Counted from the stretch's first letter, positions 27,153 to 40,969 are shown. The stretch is 64,000 bases of DNA from Eledone cirrhosa (GCA_964016885.1 OZ024763.1:2108001-2172000), one strand, 5' to 3'. A program made the numbers and translations. Notes: generated by a model not told the origin, from the letters alone.

Positions 27153-27285
27153 TATTTTACGATCGTTTCTAGGACATATATGTGTTAGAATTGGTATGCA
27201 TATTCAAAAGATCTATGTACAAAATTATACAAACTATCAGAGTGAATATACATACCTTCACATATATATGCTGTCTTCAGAAATA
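27153..27285 (-). ncRNA. Type I hammerhead motif, family E (left arm)
   Basis: Reverse complement of 27287-27419. Confidence 0.75.
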
Positions 27286-27286
27286 A

Positions 27287-27419
27287 TATTTCTGAAGACA
27301 GCATATATATGTGAAGGTATGTATATTCACTCTGATAGTTTGTATAATTTTGTACATAGATCTTTTGAATATGCATACCAATTCTAACACATATATGTCC
27401 TAGAAACGATCGTAAAATA
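27287..27419 (+). ncRNA. Type I hammerhead motif with ~104-nt stem II, family E
   Basis: tattt CTGAAGA cagcatatatatgtg..ggtatgtatattca...tgaatatgcatacc..cacatatatgtccta GAAAC gatc GTA aaata. Confidence 0.75.
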
Positions 27420-27639
27420 ATGAACTTTTTTTGTTTAATATAAGGAACTGTTTCTTTGTTTTATTCATTATTTTTTTAATATTCTATCTTGACTCTGTAT
27501 TCCGTTTATCTTTCACCGAAAGTGATTTTTGAATGCATCTCTTCTTTCCATGATATCCGGATTACATTGAGTTCTTCATACGGATTGGACACTACCGTAA
27601 ACTTTTGGTAGATTTATCTACATATATATATATATATAT

Positions 27640-27858
27640 GCTTGTCGTGTCCACAAGAGTGTCAGTTACAAAGCTTGGCCAGATGTGGTTCCACCACAGC
27701 TGAACACATTGCTGTCCTTTCTCATTAAACTCTGCCAAGTCCAATGCTGTGCAGAGGTGTTCCAGCAGGGGTCATATCAGGAGGTGCTGCGTAGCCTGTG
27801 GTTCAGTGCTGCAGTCACACACAACGTCCCAATCCTTTAAATATCCCCATTTTGCAGA
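27640..27858 (-). mobile_element. RTE-X-like LINE 3' end, second copy
   Basis: Encodes KWGYLKDWDVVCDCSTEPQATQHLLI*PLLEHLCTALDLAEFNEKGQQCVQLWWNHIW. Confidence 0.6.
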
Positions 27859-29030
27859 GATGCTGAAATACAAATAACAGTGGAAATAAAAAAATATATT
27901 TTCTATGGAAATATACAATATATTTTCTGTGGAAATTCAGGGTGTAACGATGAGAGATGTGGAAATATACAATATATTTTCTGTGGAAATGCAGGGTGTA
28001 ACGATGAGAGATGTGGAAATATACAATATATTTTCTGTGGAAATTCAAGATGTACAGATGAGAGATGTGGAAATATATAATATATTTTCTGTGGAAATTC
28101 AAGATGTACAGATGAGAGATGTGGAAATATATAATATATTTTCTGTGGAAATTCAAGATGTACAGATGTGAGATGTGGAAATATATAATATATTTTCTGT
28201 GGAAATTCAGGATGTAACGATGAGAGATGTGGAAATATATAATATATTTTCTGTGGAAATTCAAGATGTACAGATGAGAGATGTGGAAATATATAATATA
28301 TTTTCTGTGGAAATTCAGGCTGTACAGATGAGAGATGCTGAAATATAAGTAACCGTGGAAATATGAAATATATTTTCTGTGGAAAAATATATTTTATATT
28401 TTCAGTGGAAATATTCTTTATATAAAATTAGAATTTTACTTCTTGAGATTTTGAAATATTTTCTGTGGAAATTAGGGATGTATAGATGAGAGATACTGAA
28501 ATATAAGTAACAGTGGAAATATTTAATATATTTTCTGTGGAAAAATATTTTATATATTTTCTGTGGAAATTCAAGATGTACAGATGAGAGATGTGGAAAT
28601 ATATAAATATATTTTCTGTGGAAATTCAAGATGTACAGATGAGAGATGTGGAAACATATAATATATTTTCTGTGGAAATTCAAGATGTACAGATGAGAGA
28701 TGTGGAAATATATAAATATATTTTCTGTGGAAATTCAAGATGTACAGATGAGAGATGTGGAAATATATAATATATTTTCTGTGGGAATATATATTTTCTG
28801 TGGAAATTCAGGATGTACAGATGGGGGATGTGGAAATATGTATTTTCTGTGGAAATTCAGTATGTACAGATGAGAGATGTGGAAATATATAATATATTTT
28901 CTGTGGAAATATATATTTTCTGTGGAAATTCAGGATGTACAGATGAGAGATGTGGAAATATATAATATATTTTCTGTGGAAATATATATTTTCTGTGGAA
29001 ATTCAGGATGCATAGATGGGAAATGTTGAA
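27855..29030. repeat. Minisatellite, ~54-bp unit
   Basis: gagagatgtggaaatatataatatattttctgtggaaattcaagatgtacagat; isolated unit at ~26709-26757. Confidence 0.9.
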
Positions 29031-29594
29031 ATAGAAGGTTCTATTTTGTGTACCAGACCTTGTTCTGTTATCAGTTACCATATTTGGGCGGGATATAACA
29101 AGACATAAGATAAATATATTGGTGGATATGATGACATAACCCTATTTTGAAGAACTTTTTTTTTTTCATCATCATCATCACAATCACTATCATCATCACT
29201 ATCATCATCATTATCATCATCATTATCATCACCATTATCATCATCATCATCACCTTTTATGTTTATTTTCTATGCTTGCATGGGAATGTTGATATTAATC
29301 AGGTATTAAAACAAACCAAGAAATCTGCCCCCCCCCCCTCCTCTTCTCCCCCTCCCCTTCTTCTTCCCCCCCCTCCTCCTCCTACATATTCCTGAGAGTG
29401 TGGTGGAGGAAGAGTCCTCAAACACTCCTAGTGGGTCATGTCATACTACATAGTCCTTTATTACAGTCTGAGTTCAAATCCCGCTGAGGTTAACTTTACC
29501 TTTCATCCTTACGAGGTCAATAAAATAAAGTACCAGTCATGCACTGGGGTTGATTTAATCGACTTTCTCTTCCCCCCAAAAAATTGATGCCAGG

Positions 29595-29850
29595 AGAAGT
29601 CAGGTGAGGACAGGTCATTGTCAGGTCAGGTCAAGTCAGAAGAGGTTAGGTCATGTCAGGTGAAGCCAAGTCATGTCAGGTCAGAAGAGGCCAAGTCCAG
29701 AGAGCTCATGTCAGGTCAGGAGAGGTCGAGTGAGGTCAGGAGAGTTTAGGTCAGATCAGGTCATGTCAGGAAAAGCCAAATGAGGTTAGGTCATGTCAGG
29801 TCAGGTCAGGTCAGGTCAGGTCGTGTCAGGTCAGGTCGGGTGAGGTCAGC
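29595..29850. repeat. Degenerate (GGTCA)n pentanucleotide repeat, preceded by a partial SINE family 1 copy (29465-29570)
   Basis: Periodicity is directly visible. Confidence 0.8.
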
Positions 29851-30051
29851 TGTCTTTGGTTGAGTTCTATTGGGAGAAAGCTTTTGTTCTCCATCTTTGA
29901 AGGGGATTATTTTAATTCTGTAAATCATGAACAGCAATTAAATAAATATAAATATGTTTGTGTGTGTGTGTTGTGTGCACATATATGTGTGTTATGTGTT
30001 GTAAGCGTTTTTGTTTGTGTGTATGTGATGCGTGCATGTGTGTGTTTATTC

Positions 30052-30084
<33 letters not shown>

Positions 30085-30335
30085 CATGAATATATATGCA
30101 TATGTTTATATATGTGTGTGTGTGTCTGTTAGTGTGTGCATGTGTATGTTTATATATGTATGTAAGCATGTACTCATGTATATATACATACACTCATGTA
30201 TATATATATATATATATATATGCACACACATGAATATATATGCATATGTTTATATATGTGTGTGTCTGTTAGTGTGTGCATGTGTATGTTTATATATGTA
30301 TGTATGCATGTACTCATGTATATATACATACACTC

Positions 30336-30382
<47 letters not shown>

Positions 30383-30715
30383 CTGTGTATTAAATATATT
30401 TCATAAATATATTTAATAACGTTTTCTAACAAATATCAACTACATTTTGTAATATGCAAGTGGGTATGTTGTATCTGTGTGTGTGTATGTATATATGTGT
30501 GTGAGTGTGTGTGTATGTCATCTGAAATCCTGACCCCTCTTCCCCCCATACTACCCCCCCCCCCCCACCAATCTAATTCTTATATGTTGTCAGAACTATA
30601 TTTACAAGGAAAACATAAACTGCGTTAAGCAAGCTAATCTCTTTAGTCCACAATCACAGATATATATATATATATAAACATATACACACACACACATATA
30701 TATATATAAACATAT

Positions 30716-30750
<35 letters not shown>

Positions 30751-31464
30751 AACATATACACACACACATATATATATATATATAAACATATACTCACACA
30801 CTCATATATATATATATAAACATATATTCACACACACATATATATATATATAAACATATACTCACACACTCATATATATATATATAAACATATACTCACA
30901 CACACACATATATATATATAAACATATACTCACTCACTCACAGACATATATATATATATATATACACTCACACACAGACATACATAAACATACACACACA
31001 CACACATATATATATAGAGAGAGAGAGATAGAAAGAAGGAAAGATATGGAGAAAGAAAGGGAGAGAGAGAGGTAGAAATAAATTGAGATGGGTGGAGAAA
31101 GAGAGAGAGGGAAAGGTAGAGAGAAAGATATATATATATATAGAGAGAGAGAATGGAGAGAGAAGTAGAGAGAGAGATGGAGAAAGAAAGAGAGAGAGAG
31201 AGAAGTAGGGAGAGAGAGAGAGATAGTGTTTTGACAAGGTTGTAATATATCTATTGCAAGATGTCTTATCTTTCTTTTGAAACTGTGGATAGAATTTATC
31301 AAAATATATCATCATCATCATCATCAGTTTAAAGGTCATTTTTCCATGCTATACACACATATATACACACATATATATATACATGTGTGTATATATATAT
31401 GTATATATATATATATCATCATGAATCATTCATTTAAACATTTTTCTTAACAACCACATTTCTC

Positions 31465-31499
<35 letters not shown>

Positions 31500-31711
31500 A
31501 CCTCTATCTCTCTCTATATATATATCTCTCTCTCCCTCTCTCTATCTCTCTCCCTCTCTCTCTCTCTACCTCTATCTCTCTCTATATATATATATATCTC
31601 TCTCTCTCTCTCAAGAATAACTTTAATATCTTTAATGAGGAAACAAGATAGACAGACCCCAGAATTTATTATGAAGTTAGATTAAAATAATAATAATAAT
31701 AATAATAATAA

Positions 31712-32036
31712 TGGTTTCTTTATTAACCACAAGGGTTTACATAAAGTAGACATTAAGGACAGTACAGGACAATACAGGGCGGTACAAATGGGCATTTCTG
31801 CGTGTAAAAAACAAGAAACAGAGGATGTAACAAAAAAATAACAATGAAAAATTCCCCAATAGGGGGGAGACCTCCGAGGGACATTTGTGGAGAAAGCCCA
31901 TTAAAAGACCACAGTGACCCTGACCACCAGGGCAAGTGCCCTCTCCCAGTTTTCCACCTTTAATTTACAGACACATACTCAGAGAAGGCCCATTCACTCA
32001 GGCCATTCTTGCTTCTCTCACCCATCTTTCAACAAA
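31712..32036 (-). mobile_element. L1/Tx1-like LINE 3' end
   Basis: Minus strand: FVERWVREARMA*VNGPSLSMCL*, then a UTR ending cccttgtggttaataaagaaacca(tta)n; family assignment is tentative. Confidence 0.45.
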
Positions 32037-32056
32037 GATAATAATAATAATAATAA

Positions 32057-32905
32057 TTGTTTCTACTTTAGGCACAAGGCCAGCAATTACCCCAGTGCAT
32101 TACTGGTACTTTGTTTTATCGACCCCGTAAGGATGAAAGGCAAAGTCAATAATAATAATGGTTTATGGTTTAGGCACAAGGCCAGTAATTTGGGGAGAGG
32201 GGAAAGTTGATTAAATCGACCCCAGTATATTACTGGTGCTTTATTTTATCGACCCCGTAAGGATGAAAAATAAAGTTCGCCATGGCGGGATTTGAACTCA
32301 GACTGTAAAGGGCCATAACTCTATGCCGCAAAGGATGGCGCCTGATGTTCTACTGCTCTACCAATCCTGTGGTGTGCATTACTGTCAGTGTTAACTGTAA
32401 AGGGCCATAACTCTATGCCACAAAGGATGGTGTCTGATGCTCTACCGCTCTACCAATCCTGTGGTGTGCATTACTGTCAGTGTTAACTGTAAAGGGCCAT
32501 AACTCTATGCCACAAAGGATGGTGTCTGATGCTCTACCGCTCTACCAATCCTGTGGTGTGCATTACTGTCAGTGTTCACTGTAAAGGGCCATAACTCTAT
32601 GCCACGAAGGATGGCGTCTGATGCTCTACTGCTCTACAGATACTGTGGTGTGTATTACTGTCAGGGTTCACTGTAAAGGGCCATAACTCTATGCCACGAA
32701 GGATGGCGTCTGACGCTCTACTGCTCTACGGTTCTACAGATACTGTGGTGTGTATTACTGTCAGTGCTCACTGTAAAGGGCCATAACTCTATGCCACACA
32801 GCATGGCGTCTGACGCTCTACCGCTCTACAGATACTGTGGTTTGTATTACTGTCAGTGTTAACTGTAAAGGGCCACAACTCTATGTCTCTAAGCATTACT
32901 GTCAG
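32057..32905 (-). mobile_element. SINE family 1 copies whose head is expanded into a 92-bp tandem array (7 units, 32303-32905)
   Basis: ctgtaaagggcca recurs at 32303, 32395, 32487, 32579, 32671, 32771 and 32863. Confidence 0.85.
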
Positions 32906-33130
32906 TCTTCACTCTTCAGTGAACACTAACAGTAATTGTTAGCAATGACTAACCACGTTTCTTTTTAAATTAGAGAGAATGTATATATTATAATCCCTTA
33001 TCATTAGATATACACAAGATATCACATGTATGGGTGTATATATGTGTGAGAAAGTGTGTGTTTGGGAGTGCGTGTGTGAGGGGGAGAGATAGGGTGGAAA
33101 GATGAGTGAGACATTTAATAACAAAATAAC

Positions 33131-33162
<32 letters not shown>

Positions 33163-33180
33163 ATGTATATATATGATATA

Positions 33181-33810
33181 CTAGCAGTGGTACCCGGCGT
33201 TGCACGAGATAAGGTATTTTGGAACGCGGGCCGCCAACAGACCTAATCGTAGAAAAACTGCATGCCTGGACAATATGTAAAGAAAATAAACCAAATACTC
33301 TGATGGCTGGATAATCTTTAAGATTTTCCTCGATGAAGCAAGAAAAATGCAGGTTTTCATCTAATGTGGGCTCTAGGGGATCAAGAAAATGAATTTTTTT
33401 ATGTGCATAGTATGCCTTGAAATTTCGGGAAAATCGGCTAGACGTAACACCTCAAAAAAGCCCTAAAAAGCTGAAAAAATGAAGTTTTTCACCTAATGCC
33501 ATAAAAAAGTTGGATTTTCTTTGCTCATGGTATGAAGAAGAGACTGACTAATACATAGTTACAATTTCAAGGAAATCGGTCTGACGTAACGACTCAAAAA
33601 AACCCTAAAAAGCTGAAAACACGCAGTTTTTCACCTAATGAGGGCCCTAGGTGATCAAAAAATCGAATTTTTTAATGAGCATAATACTCTCTGAAACAAG
33701 TAATACACATGTAAAGTTTAAAAAAAATCGGTTGGGTACTTCTCGAGTTTTAGGGATTCAAACTCACAGACACACACACAGACAGACATCCTCAGTTTTA
33801 AATATATAGA
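33181..33810 (-). mobile_element. Non-autonomous Helitron
   Basis: Minus strand A|TCTATATATTTAAAAC ... ctcgtgcaacgccggg taccactgCTAG|T: TC start, subterminal hairpin, CTAG end, A/T insertion site, internal subrepeats. Confidence 0.8.
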
Positions 33811-33813
33811 TAT

Positions 33814-34508
33814 ATCATCATCATCATCGTTTAACATCCATCTTCCACGCTAGCATGAGTTAGACAAGAGTTGTCCCAATTTGAGGCAAGGTTGGTCGGG
33901 TGACCGTGTCTCGCTCATATAGGACTATCTGGCAGGTTTTCTACAGCTGGATGCCCTTCCTAACACCAACCACGTTTACAGTGTGGAACTGGGAACTTTT
34001 TACCATGTTACCTACACGGCCACATTACAGCGTGGACTGTGTGTTTTTTTTGTTGTGACACCTACATGATCTCGATCTCATTTATTTGGACTGGATGTTG
34101 TGGTACCAACTTTACAGAGAGAGGTTGGTGTTGGTGGGAATAGGAGGATAGGGTAGGGGTAGTGGATTGGGGTGCATATTTGGTTAAGAGGTGCCTACTG
34201 ACTGTAGGTTTCACTCTGTACATAGGCAAGGCGGGTCTTCTGTATTACTAATATATATATATATTCACATTGCTCCAGTTTACTCAGCTGTAGAAATGAG
34301 ATGATAGGGGCTGGGGTCCCTATCATTTCACTGCAAGGTGACCGTGGAGGCGCCATGGCAAAAAAGCACCCAGCACTCACTGTAAATGAGGTTGGAGTTA
34401 GGAAGGGCATCCAGCTGTAGAAATCAAGCCAGCATCAGTTCCCGTCCCCCCACCCTTGCAAGCAGGGAAAAGCGGATGTAAAATGAAATGATGATGATGA
34501 TGATGATA
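33814..34508. mobile_element. RTE LINE 3' fragment (minus, 33814-34248) and 5'-truncated SINE family 2 (plus, 34264-34508)
   Basis: Matches 9498-9910 and 26400-26700 respectively. Confidence 0.8.
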
Positions 34509-34646
34509 TATATATAAGCTTCTGTAGGTTCACCCGGGTGAGCACTCGATGTTTAGGTTCACTTCTGTGTCGAAGTGTAGGGCTAGACAGAGTGTAGTAT
34601 AATAATACAAGGATGAATGGTTACTCCTTCATTACATTTATTGGTT

Positions 34647-34731
34647 GGTGACACGTGTTTCGCTATTGATCAGCTCAAAGTTCGATCTGTATCGATCTGG
34701 CCTGACTCTGGAATCAAAAGCTCGTCGGACC
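34647..34731 (-). ncRNA. Hammerhead, family F, core mutated (CCGACGA); element spans ~34517-34752
   Basis: ggt CCGACGA gcttttgattccagagtcaggcc...atagc GAAAC acgt GTC acc aaccaataaa. Confidence 0.65.
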
Positions 34732-35379
34732 TCTGTTGTAGTAATGACAGAATATATATATATATATATATATATATGTATCATCATCATCATCATCAAC
34801 GTTTAACGTCCGTGTTCCACGCTTGCATGGGATTGGACGGGGGTTTTCCCACTTGAGGCAAGAGTGATTGTCTTGCTCGCATAGGACTGTCTGGCGGGTT
34901 TTCTACAGCTGGATGCCCTTCCTAACACCAACCACATTTACAGTGTGGGGCTGGGAGGTTTTTACCGTGTTGCCTACGCGGCCACATTACAGCATGAACT
35001 GTGTGTTTTTTTGACGTGACACCTACACGATCTCATATATAAAAATAACAAAATAAGATGCTGAGGTTTCATATATCGTTTAATCATTATCCTTGCCATT
35101 CTGAGTTCAAATCCCGCCGAGGTTAACTTTGCCTTTCATCCTTACGGATAATACACTGGGATAATTGCTGGCCTTGTGCCAAAAGTAGAAACAATTATAA
35201 TTATTTCCACGGTTCTCCATGCACTCGAGATACCCTTCATGCATTTGCTGTTGATTATGAGCATGTAACCTCAGCATCTTATTTTGTTACTTTTATAAAA
35301 TTCTCCATCGTAACTAAAAACTACAATTGTTGAGAGCTTTCTCCTGCTTACACCTGTTTTTACCAAAACAACCTTTCTG

Positions 35380-35416
<37 letters not shown>

Positions 35417-35455
35417 GATATTAACAAATGGAAACTATATTTATAAAACCATATT

Positions 35456-35520
35456 TATTTCATTATACATATTTCAAGGACACCAAGTTAAATTATGGTG
35501 TGCTTTCATCAGACAAAATA
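35456..35520 (-). ncRNA. Type I hammerhead motif, family A, second copy
   Basis: tattttgt CTGATGA aagcacacca taatttaact tggtgtcctt GAAAT atgt ATA atgaaata. Confidence 0.75.
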
Positions 35521-35763
35521 CAATATATACCAGTTTTATAAATAAATATTGACATACCCTTAAAAACTGCAACCATTACTGTTGGAAGTTCCCGGATAGT
35601 GGAGTTGTTTACTCATATTATTATTAGTATTGGATATTTTAAAATAAGTCGTTGGGTTAAAGAGAAAGAAAAAGGAGAGAAAAAGAGAGAAAAGAAAGAA
35701 AAAAAAGAAAAAAAAGAAAGAGAGAAAAGAGAGAGAGATACCAAAACAACAGAGAGAGAGAGA

Positions 35764-35826
<63 letters not shown>

Positions 35827-35830
<4 letters not shown>

Positions 35831-35995
35831 ATGGTATGTATATTCTCCTTGATAGTTTGTATAATTTTGTACATAGATCTTTTGAATATGCATGCCAATT
35901 CTAACACATATATGTCCTAGAAACGATCGTAAAATAATGAACTTTTTTTGTTTAATATAAGGAACTGTTTCTTTGTTTTATTCATTATTTTTTAA

Positions 35996-36002
<7 letters not shown>
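35827..36002 (+). mobile_element. 5'-truncated family E pLTR (3' half of the hammerhead only)
   Basis: Matches 27310-27483, includes GAAACgatcGTA, lacks CTGAAGA. Confidence 0.75.
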
Positions 36003-36077
<75 letters not shown>

Positions 36078-36359
36078 AACATGTATCATAGATGTAACAA
36101 CTTTCCAGTGCTGTAGACCAACATAATAACATTCATTGTCATCGCTATATCTGTTTCTCTGTGCAGGCATGGGTTCACCATGTTTATGGCATGGGTTCCC
36201 TGTAATATTATGACCCTGTTATGACCCAGTTATGACCTACTTACAGCCCTATTATGACCCAGTTATGACCTTGTGCCAATAATTAGACACACTTAGATAG
36301 GAATTCCTCTCTGTATTTACTTGTTTTAAGCTGCCCCTTCTGTACCCCCACCCCACCAC

Positions 36360-38520
36360 ATTCTCCACCAACACATCTCAGTGTTACCTACCCACCCTCT
36401 TCGTTACCCTCTACCACCCTTCAGTGTTACCCCTCGCCCCTATGTCCCCCCCCCCGCCCATGTTACCCACCTCCCCCAATCCTCCACCCCTCTCCATGTT
36501 ACCACCACCCTCTAAGTTACCCCCCTCAGTATTAACCCCCCACCCTCTATATCACCCCCATCAGTATTACCACCACCCTCTATGTTACCCCTCCCCCCTT
36601 ACTACGACCCCCCCCCCCGCCCTCTATATCACCCCCCCCCCCCCCCCCCTCAGTACTACCCCCACCTCTATATCACCCCCCATCAGTATTACGACACCCT
36701 CTATGTTACCCCTCCCCCCTCAGTATTACCCCCCACCCCCACCCTCTATGTCACCCTCCGTATTACCACCCTCCCCTTTATGTCACCCCCCCCATCAGTA
36801 TTAGCCCACCCTCTATATTAACCCCCCCCTCAGTATTACCCCCACCACCCTCTATGTCCCCCCTATCAGTGTTACCCCAATTCCATCACCCCTCCACTTA
36901 CCCCCCCCCCCCCCCCCCCCACGTACCCCCCCTCTATATTACCCAACCATGTCAGCTACATGTTTCACTACACTCCACCTAACAATATATATACTCCAAC
37001 ATTCCTTCCAGTACATTCCAACCAATTTAACCTAATAACTAAAATGACAGACATGTCTACACCACTGATACCCCCTCCCCCCTTCCTCCTCCACCTCCTC
37101 CTCTCCACTCTGTGTGTGGGTATATGGTGTGTGTGTGTGTGTATGGTGTCTGTGTGGTGTGTATATATGGTGTGTGGGTATGTATAGTGTGGGGAGGTAT
37201 ATATGGTGTGTGTATGGTGTGTATATATGGTGTGTGTGTGTATGGTGTGGGTAGGTATATAATGTGTGTGTGTATGGTGTGTATATGTGGTGTGTGTATA
37301 TGGTGTGTGTGTTTGTATGGTGTGGGGAGGTATATAATGTGTGTGTGTATGGTGTGTATATGTGGTGTGTGTATATGGTGTGTGTGTTTGTATGGTGTGG
37401 GGAGGTATATAATGTGTGTGTGTATGGTGTGTATATGTGGTGTGTGTGTATATGGTGTGTATATATGGTGTGTGTGTGTGTATGGTATGGGGAGGTATAT
37501 ATGCTGTGTGTGTATGGTGTGTATATATGGTGTGTGGGTATGTATGGTGTGGGTAGGTATATATGCTGTGTGTGTATGGTGTGTATATATGATGTGTGGG
37601 TATGTATGGTGTGGGTAGGTATATATGCTGTGTGTGTATGGTGTGTATATGTGGTGTGTGTATATGGTGTGTATGTATGGTGTGTATGTATATAGTGTAT
37701 GTGTGGTGTGTATGTATGGTGTGGGGAGGTATATATGCTGTGTGTGTATGGTGTGTATATATGATGTGTGGGTATGTATGGTGTGGGGAGGTATATATGC
37801 TGTGTGTGTATATGGTGTGTATGTATGGTGTGTATGTATATAGTGTATGTGTGGTGTGTATGTATGGTGTGGGGAGGTATATATGCTGTGTGTGTATGGT
37901 GTGTATATATGATGTGTGGGTATGTATGGTGTGGGGAGGTATATATGCTGTGTGTGTATATGGTGTGTATGTATGGTGTGTATGTATATAGTGTATGTGT
38001 GGTGTGTATGTATGGTGTGGGGAGGTATATATGCTGTGTGTGTATATATATGGTGTATGTGTGGTGTGTGTGCATGTATATATGGTGTGTATGTATGTAT
38101 ATATGGTATGTGTCTGTGTATGTATGTATGTGTGTATGTATGCATATGTGTGTATGTATGTATGTAGTGTGTATGTATATATGGTGTGTATATGTATGTG
38201 TGGTGTGTATGTATGTATGTGTGGTGTGCATGTGTGGGTATGTGTATATGGTGTGGGTGTGGGTATGTATTGTGTGGGGAGGTATATAATGTGTGTGTGT
38301 ATGGTGTGTATATATGGTGTGTGGGTATGTATGGTGTATATGTATATATGGTGTATGTATATATGGTGTGTATGTATGTATATATGGTGTGTATGTATGT
38401 ATATATGGTATGTGTGTGTGTATGTATGTATGTGTAGTGTGTATGTGTGGGTATGTGTATATCGTGTGGGTGTGTGTATGTATGGTGTGTGGGTATGTAA
38501 AGTGTATGTGTGTATGTATA
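36360..38520. repeat. C-rich minisatellite (36360-36940) and TG/TA-rich compound minisatellite (37110-38520)
   Basis: Periodicity is directly visible. Confidence 0.85.
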
Positions 38521-38541
38521 TATATATATATATATATATAT

Positions 38542-38835
38542 AGGAGGTGAGTTTTATTGTAGTACAATAAAGCAATGCAGATATCGGATAAGTAGCACTC
38601 TACAGTTTGTAGGACTGGAGTATAAATATATATAAGATCAAAAGATGGTTAAAAGAGTTCCATGTATTTTATTATGCGCATTTCAAAAACAAATATCATC
38701 ATGCAATAACATTTGCGTTTTCGTCAGATAAAATAGGGAGACAAAACACAAATGTTATTGCACGATGATATTTGTTTTTGAAATGCGCATAATAAAATAC
38801 ATGGAACTCTTTTAACCATCTTTTGATCTTATATA
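38542..38835. mobile_element. Palindromic pLTR remnant, family G; complete hammerhead on the minus strand at 38665-38735; plus arm truncated
   Basis: Minus: tattttat CTGACGA aaacgcaaatg...atatttgttttt GAAAT gcgc ATA ataaaata; tail ggaggtgagttttattg...ggactggag shared with 62403-62480. Confidence 0.8.
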
Positions 38836-38907
38836 TTATTATATATATATATATATATATATACCTTACATATATATATATATGTGTATACATATATATT
38901 TATGTGT

Positions 38908-38952
<45 letters not shown>

Positions 38953-38999
38953 TATATATATATATATATATGTATACACATATATATATATATATATGT

Positions 39000-39034
<35 letters not shown>

Positions 39035-39156
39035 ACATATATATATGTGTATACATATATATATATATATATGTATACACATATATATATAAATATATAT
39101 ATGTATACACATATATATATATATATATGTATACACATAAATATATATGTATACAC

Positions 39157-39187
<31 letters not shown>

Positions 39188-39215
39188 TGTATACATATAT
39201 ATATATATATATGTA

Positions 39216-39253
<38 letters not shown>

Positions 39254-39262
39254 AATATGTAT

Positions 39263-39312
<50 letters not shown>

Positions 39313-39408
39313 ACACATATATATATATATGTATACATAAATCCTGGCAGCCAGAGTGACATAAAGCATTTCTTGGTCATTTTAAACAAACAGTCAGATG
39401 TGAATATA

Positions 39409-39584
39409 TAATTGTTTCTACTTTTGGCACAAGGCCAGCAATTACCCCAGTACATTACTGGTACTTTATTTTATCGCCCCCGTAAGGATGAAAGGCAAAG
39501 TTGACCTCGGCGGGATTTGAACTCAGACCGTAAAGGGAAGTAACTATGCTAGAAAACATGGTGTCAGCCCCTCTACCGATACTG
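39409..39584 (-). mobile_element. SINE family 1
   Basis: Same sequence as 5071-5267; other copies at 35090-35198, 43842-43920, 44000-44260, 46376-46560 and 46940-47135. Confidence 0.85.
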
Positions 39585-39798
39585 AATGTGTGGTATGTGT
39601 ATTATGTATATATATCTGTGTGTCTATATATATATATATACATATGCAATGTGTGTATACATAGTATATATATAATGTATATAATATTATAATATTAAAT
39701 ACTCCAGGAAATTTTTTACTGTTGAGTGCTTCTAATCTATTGTAAAATTGTATTCATTGAGTAATCAACGAACCATATTAATCTTTGGTCATATAATG

Positions 39799-39832
<34 letters not shown>

Positions 39833-39876
39833 TACAATTATGCTTAGTGTTAAAATTAATGCAATTTCCATACTTT

Positions 39877-40055
<179 letters not shown>

Positions 40056-40439
40056 GTATATATCCTTCTCTCTCTATATATATATATATATCCATCTCTC
40101 TCTCTCTTGGGAACTGAACAATAATAGAAACATTTGCTATATGAACATCATAAGATTCTTGACTTAATAATAGAAAGTCACTTTACAACCATACAGCGCC
40201 CATGTTTTCTGTGTTGTTCTTACATTTTTATCATTCTGTGTCTTCTGTAATCTCATTCTTGCTTAAATTTCTACAAATCCTTTGAAATAAGTTAGAAAAA
40301 AGAAAGATTATTTCTCTAGGAAATATTTTTATCCAATTTTTCTGTTTGTATTCGTTTATGTTTCATATTTATCACATCTTTGTCTTTTAATGATAGTTGT
40401 TGTGAATATTTCTGAAATATATAAATATATACATATATA

Positions 40440-40497
<58 letters not shown>

Positions 40498-40557
40498 CTA
40501 AAAATGTATATATATATATATTTTAATAAATCTCTCTCTCTCACTTTCTATATAATA

Positions 40558-40728
40558 ATAATGAAATTATTGTGTAAAGTGCTCAGGTGCACTACAACTC
40601 GTCAATATAGTACATAGAATAATACACAAATGTCAGGGAAGTACATGTGTGTATGTGTTAGCTGTAGTGTTGGCGGATCTCGGGAAGCATGGAGGCCTTA
40701 AAGGATGCAGTGTCTCGACAGCTAACAA
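40558..40728 (-). mobile_element. CR1-like LINE 3' end
   Basis: Minus strand encodes VSCRDTASFKASMLPEIRQHYS*, resembling the CR1 VV...SFK C-terminus, followed by the UTR shared with 6340 and 46250. Confidence 0.6.
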
Positions 40729-40836
40729 TATATATATATAAATGAAGTAATTCCGTCGGAAAGGTCCAGGAAAAAAGAGTGCTCTATGTAGGTTACAGAG
40801 CTTATTAGTTATGTAATAATCAACATAAGATAATTA

Positions 40837-40896
40837 TTTCATTTACCAGTGGTTTCTTGAAAGCAAAAAAATTTGCTTTCAGTCATCAGAATGAAA
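40837..40896 (-). ncRNA. Type I hammerhead motif, family D (left arm)
   Basis: Near-exact reverse complement of 40910-40969. Confidence 0.8.
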
Positions 40897-40909
40897 AAAT
40901 CCTGGATTT

Positions 40910-40969
40910 TTTCATTCTGATGACTGAAAGCAAATTTGTTTGCTTTCAAGAAACCACTGGTAAATGAAA
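40910..40969 (+). ncRNA. Type I hammerhead motif, family D (right arm)
   Basis: tttcatt CTGATGA c tgaaagcaaa tttg tttgctttca a GAAAC cactg GTA aatgaaa; 7-bp helix I, 10-bp helix II. Confidence 0.85.

Larger units (their letters stand above)
27089..27620. mobile_element. Palindromic Penelope-like pLTR remnant, family E (197-bp arms 27089-27285 and 27287-27483, plus tail)
   Basis: Apparently perfect inverted repeat with a 1-nt spacer; the ORF track gives near-identical peptides on both strands. Confidence 0.8.

Noticed and set aside
27089-27483. Palindromes as MITEs or pre-miRNA hairpins
   Set aside because: They lack symmetric TIR/TSD ends: one arm has an extra tail and inner truncations vary. 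Hammerhead cores explain them better, though small-RNA production is not excluded.
29595-29850. AGGTCA nuclear-receptor half-site cluster
   Set aside because: It is explained by a degenerate (GGTCA)n microsatellite.
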